DNA from: a virus
Taxonomy: Duplodnaviria; Caudoviricetes
Reading direction: 5' to 3' (one strand)
IMG/VR virus record: IMGVR_UViG_3300044580_000530
Coordinates: 1 to 26,242 of that record
Length of the DNA stretch: 26,242 nt
The position numbers were made by a program, and so were the translations under genes. Shown in pieces: positions 9,636 to 16,791 of the stretch. The notes below the pieces were generated by a model, which had not been told where the DNA came from, made no database searches, and saw only the letters and a program-made list of their open reading frames with translations. Position 1 is the stretch's first letter. Each line of letters opens with the position of its first letter.

Positions 9636-9893
9636 TCAAGGGTTCAGGCTTGTCCGGAAAAGGTTGGTGTGGCCGTCGGACCACTCCTCCGGATCGTCTT
9701 TGACGGCTTTGTCGAGTTGGTCGCCGACTTTTCCAAGCAGGTGCTTGGCGATGCTGACCGCCTCGCGGGTCTCGGTGCGGTTGGGTCGGCGCTGGTGGGC
9801 GAGCGATAGCACGCGCTCAAGCTGCTGCATGAGGGCCTGCCACGTCTGATGAAACTCGGCACTCTGGCCGACGGGGTTTTGCGTTGCGTTCAT
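9636..9893 (-). CDS. Hypothetical small helical protein
   Basis: AAAGGA RBS, 85 aa, co-oriented between two credible genes. Confidence 0.65.
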   Translation of the reverse strand: MNATQNPVGQSAEFHQTWQALMQQLERVLSLAHQRRPNRTETREAVSIAKHLLGKVGDQLDKAVKDDPEEWSDGHTNLFRTSLNP

Positions 9894-9907
9894 GTTGCGG
9901 GTTCCTT

Positions 9908-10438
9908 TTATTCATGGGGGAAAGAGGCGTCGCCGAAAACAAGGCCGGTGCCGAAACCGAGTGCCTGAAAACAGGCGCGGATGGTGTTTCCGCCGACAAG
10001 GACGTTGTCCACGATGAAAGTCCGGCGGCAGGGAATGGGCTTGCCGGGCTTGCGGGCGATGTTGTGCTCGGCCACGCTGACGGCGGGGCCTTTGGTGCGG
10101 TGGCGGTCGCAGGTGCTCGGCGCGGGCGCGGTGCGGGTCAGGATGTCGTGGACCTCGGCCCCGCCTTTGACGTGGGCGGCGATGGCCTTCGCAAGGCGGC
10201 GGTTGGCGGCGGTGTCGCCGGTGTGGTCGGGCGCGGGGATGAGGTGGCAAGGCCCCCACACAAGCGCGGCCATTTCGGCGGCGGCTATCTGTAGCGCGGC
10301 CTCGGGGCAGTCGGGGTCTTTGAGCATGTAAGACAGGGCGCGGGTCTCGCGCTCGTAATCGCTCAAGGGACGGGTGCGGGGTGAGACATAGCGCCGGGCG
10401 GCGCGGGTGGTGCTGTACGGGTGGCATGTGGTGTTCAT
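9908..10438 (-). CDS. ComF-like phosphoribosyltransferase-fold protein with an atypical PRPP loop
   Basis: GAAAGGA RBS before ATG 10438. LIPAP and IVDNVLVGGNT (cf. VDDVxTTGxT). Confidence 0.65.
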   Translation of the reverse strand: MNTTCHPYSTTRAARRYVSPRTRPLSDYERETRALSYMLKDPDCPEAALQIAAAEMAALVWGPCHLIPAPDHTGDTAANRRLAKAIAAHVKGGAEVHDILTRTAPAPSTCDRHRTKGPAVSVAEHNIARKPGKPIPCRRTFIVDNVLVGGNTIRACFQALGFGTGLVFGDASFPHE

Positions 10439-10564
10439 GGTGTGTGTCCTTTCTGCGTGGCCTTGCCGGTGTCTCTCACACCCAACGAGGTGTGACAAAA
10501 CGTCTGCTCTGACTGAGCCGGAATCCTCACTAGCGGCACCCGCCGCCGTGGACGCCGAACTCAA

Positions 10565-10708
10565 ACCGGCCCTGCTCTGCAATCTGTAAAGTGACTGATT
10601 CATAACGCTGCCCTTCCTTTCGCCATCATCCTCGCCTGTGTCTTCGCGATGATGGCGAACAGGGAGGGCAAGGGCGTTATCAGCCACTGAGATTGCAGAC
10701 AGGACGGT
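10565..10708. other. ~145 nt imperfect hairpin
   Basis: Nested paired segments: ACCG/CGGT, CCTG/CAGG, TCTGCAATCT/AGATTGCAGA, ATAACGC/GCGTTAT, TGCCCTTCCT/AGGGAGGGCA, TTCGCCATCATC/GATGATGGCGAA. Confidence 0.85.
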
Positions 10709-11310
10709 GAGGGCGCGGACGGAACCTGGGGCACAGGGAAGCGGACGGGAAGGAGGCACGGATGACCGGACGCCTGCCACGTAGCCGCACCGTCGGCAAC
10801 GGGCATGACAAAGGCGGTAGCCCGCCGGCGCGAGTAACCGAAGCGTTGGCGTGACCGTGTGCAACGGCGCGGCGTCGGGTTCCGGAAGCGGCATGAGTGG
10901 CGGCAACGGCGGTGTATCGTGCCGGCCTTGGATTGGGTGGGATTGGGAAGGAACAGCCCAAGCCATGCCCCGCAGGGCTGCCGCGCAGCGGAACCCCGCG
11001 TGCAGGGAACGCGGGTGAGGTTGTACAGCCGCCAACATTAGCGGCGTGTGTCCTTTCACCGAGTGAGCGGCCTTCGCCCCCGTAAGCGACACTTGCGGGA
11101 GGGATGCGGACTAGCCCGCTCGTGGCGCGTCGGGGCGCGAATGCGCGAGGGAGGATCTCCGCGCTTAAATGGCGCGGCAGCTTACCTTGTCGTTGGCCGG
11201 GCGCGGAGTGGCGGCAGCCGGAAAGACGGCGGTCGTGCGGGCTGGGGTGTGTATCCACGCGCAAAGACCGCGCTCCGTCGTCCCGGCTGCCACCGCCCGC
11301 GCCCGGCGTC

Positions 11311-12614
11311 GTGGCAGGCGCTCTGACGCAGGCGGCGGCTGCCACACTGGGGATTGAAAAACGGCGGCGGGCGCGGCGGAATCCGAAACGGCTTGCCGCT
11401 CGGTCGCTTGCGACTTTCGGAGTGCCGACGCGCCTTCCGCCGTGATGCCGCTGCGGCAAACGCCGGCGGTGACCGTACGGCACGGCGACGGCTGTCGCTC
11501 GGGCGCTGGGTCTTATCTTCCCGAAACGCCCGTGCGGCAAGCCGTCGCCGTACCGTATGGCTGCGAAGCAGCGCCGCGCGTGATAGCCCGTGTCCATGCC
11601 CCGTGGCGGGCGCTCGACGCGAATCGGCGGCGGCTGCCACACTGGGTAGATGGGAAACGGCGGCGTGCGCACAGGCACGCAAGGAGCCTGCGACGCGGCG
11701 ACCGGTGCGCTGGCCGACGAAACGCCACTGCGGTAAGCGAGCGGCGGAGACCGTACCGGTCCGGATGCAACGCCGTGCTGACCCATGCGTGAAGCTTGCG
11801 GAGCGCTGGGTCAGTCGCGGCGGCGGCAAGGCCTGCCACACGGGCGCTCTTGAGTATCAGCCCGCAACGCCGTGTGGCAGGCCGGTGCCGGAGCCGGTAT
11901 GGCGTGCGCAGCACGCGCCGCGAGCGTGAGCGCGCAGCACTGTTCGTGGCAGCCGTTGCGGCTGCCGCACTGGGGACATGAAAAGCGGCGGCGGGCCTGC
12001 CACATCGACACCGCAACAAGCTTGCGCAGTGAGGATGGCGTGTGGCAGGCCTTCCGCCGTGATGCCGATGCGTAACGCCCGCCGGTGACCGTACCGAAGA
12101 GCAACGACGGTGATGCCTGGAGGTAACGCAGGCGGTCCTGTAGTCAGGCCGACTGCGTGGACGTAAGGCGTTCACCGGAAGGTGCGATGCAGGTATGGCT
12201 GCAAAGCAGCGGCGGAAGCGTGGAGCCCGTGGCCGTGTGTCTTGTGGCAGGCGCTCGCCGCGGAGCGGCGGCGGCTGCCACACTTGGGATATGAAGTGAG
12301 GCGGCGAGCGCGACCGGCACGCAAGGAGCCTGCGACGCGGCGGCCGGTGCGCTGGCCGACGAAACGCCACTGCGGTAAGCGAGCGGCGGAGACCGTACCG
12401 GTCAGGATGACGGGCGGCTGCCACAAAGCGTAGCGACTGGCACCGCCCGTCAAGGCCTGCCACACGTGCGCTAGGGATTATCATCCGCTCAACGCCGTGT
12501 GGCAGGCCGGTTCCTGAGCCGGTATGGCGTGCGAAGCACGCGCCGCGAGTGTGAGCCCGTGGACGTGTCGTGTGGCAGCCGTCGACGCGCAGCGGCGCGG
12601 CTGCCACAGGTGGG
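11311..12614 (+). repeat. Tandem array of four ~300-340 nt structured units (A-B-A-B); candidate ncRNA/ssDNA element
   Basis: Five boundary hairpins GTGGCRG..CTGCCRCA..TGGG at 11311, 11603, 11946, 12244 and 12572. GACCGTAC at 11471, 11749, 12087 and 12391. GTATGGC at 11555, 11897, 12193 and 12522. 11674-11767 matches 12316-12409 with 2 mismatches. Confidence 0.85.
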
Positions 12615-13190
12615 TAAGCCCGCGAAAACCGCGCAGGAGGCAGGAAGACGGGCGTGCGAGTCGCGCGAGCCGCCCGGATGACTGCCGGATGCGCGGTGCC
12701 CGGAACCTGGAGCCCGAACGCAGCCCGAAGGGTGCCGCCGGGCTTAGGCGGCACCCGCTCCCCCCAGAACAGCCGCCGTCTTCAGAATAGGCGGCTGTCG
12801 AGCCCCCGGAAAGCCAGCCTTATGAGGGGGGTTCGCGGGGGTTCGGGGGCGGCGGGGGGAGCGGGCTGTCGGACGGGCGATCAGGGCATCCGGGCGCGGG
12901 CGCGAGGGGTTCGGGGAAACCTCCCCGAGCCACTGCGTAGCGAGGAACGAGCGAAGCTGAGCATGGGAACGCACTGACCGTATCCGGGCATGTGCGGAAG
13001 AAAAGGCCCCGGTGCGCGAACGAGGGGACGGCGCCGGCACCCCCGGAAGCTCGGCGGTACTCCGCCGAGATCGCCGGGAGGTGCCAGAGCCGCCGAGGAG
13101 ACAGCGTATCCGCTGGCTCTGAGGTCGCCCCGAGGCTCGCGCTGGGGCCGCTGGAGTGAGGGCGTGCTGACGAGGCCGAAGCCGCAGGCA

Positions 13191-13790
13191 GCCCGCTATC
13201 CTGCGGGCTGCCCGCCGCTATCCGCGGCGAAGTGCGGCGAGGCAGAGGAAGCATGCCCGAACGTGTCAAGGGGGTTTGGGGGGATGTGCCCCCCTAGCCT
13301 ACCGTCTTGCGACGAGGGGGAAGCCAAGCTGCCCACCTCCGCCCGCTATCTGCGGGCGTGGGCAGCGCAGGCTAGCCGGGGGACCCGGCCATCTCCGCCG
13401 CTATCCTGCGGCGTGGCCCGCCGCTGGCAGCGCCGCGCCCTGCCGACCAGCGAAGCGGGAGGCAGGGCTGTCTCCGGCGGTGCAGGCGGGCCGGCTGGGG
13501 CGGCGGCCCCCGAGGAGCTCTTGCTGGCCAGCGGCGATGACGCGGGAACACAACGGTCGTGCGGGCAAAGAGGCCTGCTTGCCCCGCGCTATCCCGCGCG
13601 GGGTGCAGGCCGATGCAGGGGCGCAGTGTCCGCCGCTATCCTGCGGCGTGCGCCCCGGTCGGGACGGGTTCTTGCGCCGCAGGCCTTCGGGCGAAGCCCG
13701 ATTGAGGTGCCGTGTCCCCCGCCGCTATCCTGCGGCGGCGGCACCGGTGCGAGGGAGCCGCCCCCTTCTCCGGCCGCTATCCTGCGGCCG
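13191..13790. repeat. Eight mini-hairpins with conserved loop TATCCT (AGGATA on the minus strand)
   Basis: CGC-TATC(C)(T/C)-GCG cores at about 13193, 13215, 13343, 13398, 13585, 13633, 13722 and 13774, each within a perfect 6-8 bp GC stem. Confidence 0.85.
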
Positions 13791-13861
13791 TGGGGGCGGC
13801 GACCGAGGTTGGGGTGTGTTCGATTTGTTGAAATCTCGCCTTTTGTGAGGAGGTGTTTGTT

Positions 13862-14164
13862 ATGGCTTTGTTCGAAAAAGGTATTTCGGGTAATCCCGCC
13901 GGTCGGCCGAAGGGTCTGCTGACCGGTCGCGCTAAGGCTTTGTATGCGCTGGATCAGGTCGTCAGCAAGGAAGAGAACATCGAGTTGATCGAGTCCGCGC
14001 TGGAAAAGACGTTGAAGGAGAAACCCATGTGGTTCTTCATCAACGTCATCATGCCTCTGCTGCCCAAAGAGACCAAGGGTGTGTTGGAGACTGGCGACAG
14101 GGTGATCGAGTGGAAGAGCCTGGTGTCTGTCTCCAAGGAAGTCATCCGGGCCAGCGAGGGTTAG
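13862..14164 (+). CDS. terS: Terminase small subunit (DUF5681-like)
   Basis: AGGAGG RBS, FEKGISGNPAGRPKG motif, immediately upstream of terL. Confidence 0.75.
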   Translation: MALFEKGISGNPAGRPKGLLTGRAKALYALDQVVSKEENIELIESALEKTLKEKPMWFFINVIMPLLPKETKGVLETGDRVIEWKSLVSVSKEVIRASEG

Positions 14165-14167
14165 GCC

Positions 14168-15472
14168 GTGCTGTACAGACCGCATCTTGCGCAGGCGAAG
14201 ATCCATGACGCCCGCGACGCCCGGTTCCGGACTGTGTGCACCGGTCGGCGTTTCGGCAAGACCATGTGTATGGCCGCCGAGATATTGGACCGGGGCGGCA
14301 GAGAAGTCGGCGGCGACTACGGCTGGGTCGCGCCGACGTACGGGGTCGCCGAAAGAGGAGTCGAAGCTTTCAAATCGATCGCACCCGGTTTTGTGAGGGT
14401 TGTCGGAAGGATGCCGACGAGGGTTGAGTTCGAGGGGCTTGTCGGTCCCTGCCGCGTCTTCATGCTCTCTGCCGACAATCCTGACAGCATCCGCGGCTTC
14501 GGTTTTCGGGGCATCGTGGTGGATGAGGCGGCAGCCGTCCCAGTGGATGTGTGGAACTACGTGCTTCGCCCCACTCTCGCCCAGACGCTCGGCTGGGGGG
14601 TGTTCATCTCCACGCCCGCCGGACGCAACTGGTTCTACGACATGTTCACGCGCGGCGTCGAGCGGCAGGAAGGGTTCCGGTCGTTCACCTTCCCGTCGAA
14701 TGTGTCCCCATACTTCCCCGCGAAAGAGTGGGAAGAGGCCAAGGCCACCCTGCCCGAAGATGTGTTCCGCCAGGAGTACGAAGCTCAATTCCTTGAAGAT
14801 TCGGCGGGAGTGTTCCGGGGCGTTGATGGATGCCTCATTGAAGTAATAAGTAATAGGGAAGAGGTAATAGGTTCGGGGCCGGTGATTGTGGGGTGTGACA
14901 TCGCCAAGCACACCGACTGGACGGTGCTGATCGCGATGGACGCCAAGACCGGGCTGTGTCTGGAGATGGAGCGTTTCAATCAGCTCGACTGGCCGCTGCA
15001 GAAAGAGCGCATCGCTGGGTTTGTGAGGCGGTGGAACGCTCTTCTGGTGATGGACGCGACCGGCGTCGGCGATCCTGTCTATGACGATCTGCGCAGGGTG
15101 CTGCCACGCGTCGAGGGGTTCAAAATCACGGCGCAGGCCAAGCGCGAACTTGTGCAGGGCCTCATGGTGGCCGTCGAGCAGCGCCGTGTGATGTGGCAGG
15201 CGGGGAAATCGGCAATAGGCAATGGGCAATCAGCAATAGGCAGCGGACCTTGGGAGGTGCTGACGGCGGAGATGAAGCGGTATGAGTATGATATCGGCCC
15301 GACTGGGCAAATCTCTTACGCCGCGCCGTCCGGGTATCACGATGACTGCGTGATGGCGTTGTCGCTCGGCGTGTGGGGCTGCCACACGTTCGGAGTGGAG
15401 CCGGGAAGGATGTTGAGGCTGGTGGATAGTCAACGTTTGGCTGCTTCAAACAAGGTGTTGACTCTTGTCTAG
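14168..15472 (+). CDS. terL: Terminase large subunit
   Basis: Walker A GRRFGKT, Walker B IVVDEAA, ISTP, FRQEYEA, and nuclease motifs GCDIA, DATGVG, HDDCVMAL. Confidence 0.93.
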   Translation: MLYRPHLAQAKIHDARDARFRTVCTGRRFGKTMCMAAEILDRGGREVGGDYGWVAPTYGVAERGVEAFKSIAPGFVRVVGRMPTRVEFEGLVGPCRVFMLSADNPDSIRGFGFRGIVVDEAAAVPVDVWNYVLRPTLAQTLGWGVFISTPAGRNWFYDMFTRGVERQEGFRSFTFPSNVSPYFPAKEWEEAKATLPEDVFRQEYEAQFLEDSAGVFRGVDGCLIEVISNREEVIGSGPVIVGCDIAKHTDWTVLIAMDAKTGLCLEMERFNQLDWPLQKERIAGFVRRWNALLVMDATGVGDPVYDDLRRVLPRVEGFKITAQAKRELVQGLMVAVEQRRVMWQAGKSAIGNGQSAIGSGPWEVLTAEMKRYEYDIGPTGQISYAAPSGYHDDCVMALSLGVWGCHTFGVEPGRMLRLVDSQRLAASNKVLTLV

Positions 15473-15515
15473 CGTCAAAGTTGCGGCAAATCTCTTACCT
15501 CAATTACTGCAAATC

Positions 15516-16058
15516 TCAGTCATTTGATCGCTTTTCAATCCAGACCTTCTTTCCCTTCTTAAGATTGATCAGGTATTGCTCATTCGCAAAAATGAGGACG
15601 GGATAGGGCGGCAACCAGTACCCCGTATCATAGCGGTCATATTGTGGAATTGACCAGAGACTTCCATCATTTGTCTTCAATATTGCACCGTCACCCATCT
15701 TTTCGATTACATTCCCAAGAAATCCATTTTGAAGAAAAAATGTTCCGTCCACCCTTTTGACATTCACCGTATTCCCTGAGTAGATCAAAACGCCTACCGT
15801 CGGCAGTGCGTTTACATATTCGTCGATCTTTTCTTTGTTAAATATAGGCGCAGGCCCGTCGCAGATGAGGAAACCTTCGCTGAGAGGTAAAGCAACAATC
15901 TCTCGTTCCATTATCCAGGTAGAGCCTGTTAGGAACTTTATTACTTTCCCGTCGATCTCTGTGACCATGTCACTGGCGAACGAGACTTTCTTTAGCTGAG
16001 CGGCGCAAACTGAAATGCTCGTCAAGAATAGAAGTGAGATTGTTGTGAAATACTTCAT
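15516..16058 (-). CDS. Hypothetical secreted protein (moron, probable gene cassette)
   Basis: AAGGA RBS, signal peptide MKYFTTISLLFLTSISVCAA, low GC, opposite strand to the phage genes. Confidence 0.75.
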   Translation of the reverse strand: MKYFTTISLLFLTSISVCAAQLKKVSFASDMVTEIDGKVIKFLTGSTWIMEREIVALPLSEGFLICDGPAPIFNKEKIDEYVNALPTVGVLIYSGNTVNVKRVDGTFFLQNGFLGNVIEKMGDGAILKTNDGSLWSIPQYDRYDTGYWLPPYPVLIFANEQYLINLKKGKKVWIEKRSND

Positions 16059-16076
16059 TTGGTTGTTTCCTTGGTG

Positions 16077-16134
16077 GCGCATCGATAGGAGTCAGGCGCG
16101 CGGGTACCGCGTCGCCTGGACTCCCTGGTTGTGC
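16077..16134 (-). mobile_element. Integron attC-like recombination site (58 bp)
   Basis: Minus strand reads R'' GCACAAC, then GGAGTC(C)AGGCG..CGCCTGACTCC stem with one extrahelical C, then R' GATGCGC. It starts 3 nt after the lipoprotein stop. The matching GTTGTGC lies at the cassette 5' end (16468-16462). Confidence 0.75.
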
Positions 16135-16137
16135 AAA

Positions 16138-16449
16138 TCATAGTTTCGAGTCAACGTCACTGATTGCGCTTTCAATGTCATCGAGAGCCGATTCAAGGCT
16201 GGATGTTGCATCTTCGACATCAGGGACGTTATCTCGCCAGTTCTCATACCCAAAGTCGTCAACTTCGTTCTTGAGTGATTCCAGTGCGGACTGCGCGTCG
16301 TCGAACGCACTCTTCACATCATCGAACTCGCTTTCAATGGATTCGAGTTTGGATTCCAGTTCAGCTATTCGCTCTTCAGATCCCGAGTCCGCGCAACCAG
16401 AAACCAACAAGAGAAAGCAAAGCGCGATGGGCAATGCCGATATCTTCAT
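16138..16449 (-). CDS. Acidic coiled-coil lipoprotein (gene cassette)
   Basis: AGGAG RBS, lipobox LVSG-C, heptad-rich acidic body. Confidence 0.8.
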   Translation of the reverse strand: MKISALPIALCFLLLVSGCADSGSEERIAELESKLESIESEFDDVKSAFDDAQSALESLKNEVDDFGYENWRDNVPDVEDATSSLESALDDIESAISDVDSKL

Positions 16450-16537
16450 TTCAATTCTCCTGCACAACATTTGATGGGCGTCCAGACGTAATCAACCTGT
16501 CCAACGGGTGAAAAGGCGCAGATCGACTACGTTGATG

Positions 16538-16567
16538 AGCATACCCTAAATGACAGTACGCGGTCAA
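16538..16567 (-). promoter_or_regulatory. Sigma70-type promoter driving the cassette genes
   Basis: Minus strand TTGACC-18 nt-TATGCT, upstream of the cassette. Confidence 0.5.
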
Positions 16568-16791
16568 GTTCATGTGAAAACAGTTCATGTGTAAACAGTC
16601 ACAACTTACAGACAGGCAATTACTTGCCTTTTACGCCTTTCCGACAAACGGTGAAGCGCGACAGAATGGCGCGGTTCGCCGTTTTGACCTTATGTACGGC
16701 CAAGTAGTGCATAACTGTCAGTCGGTTTTTCGGACATAACACGTATAGCGGCTGCCGTGTTGATTCCGTGTCTTAAATAGGAGGCGCGGAT

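Noticed and set aside
11311-12614. CRISPR array
   Set aside because: Units are ~310 nt, repeats are degenerate, the variable parts are self-complementary and partly duplicated, and no cas genes are present.
10450-13845. tRNA, group II intron, retron or DGR template
   Set aside because: No cloverleaf/T-loop or intron domain V recognised, no reverse transcriptase in the window, and repeat differences are not adenine-specific.
10680-13922. Long ORFs (368, 413, 310 aa and others) in the structured region
   Set aside because: Arg/Ala/Pro-rich, no RBS or motifs, and they overlap in several frames. This is expected from stop-poor GC-rich DNA.
15445-15487. Second attC after the secreted-protein gene (CCGCAAC..TTGAC/GTCAA..GTT)
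   Set aside because: Too short and poorly paired, and it overlaps the terL end. At most a remnant.
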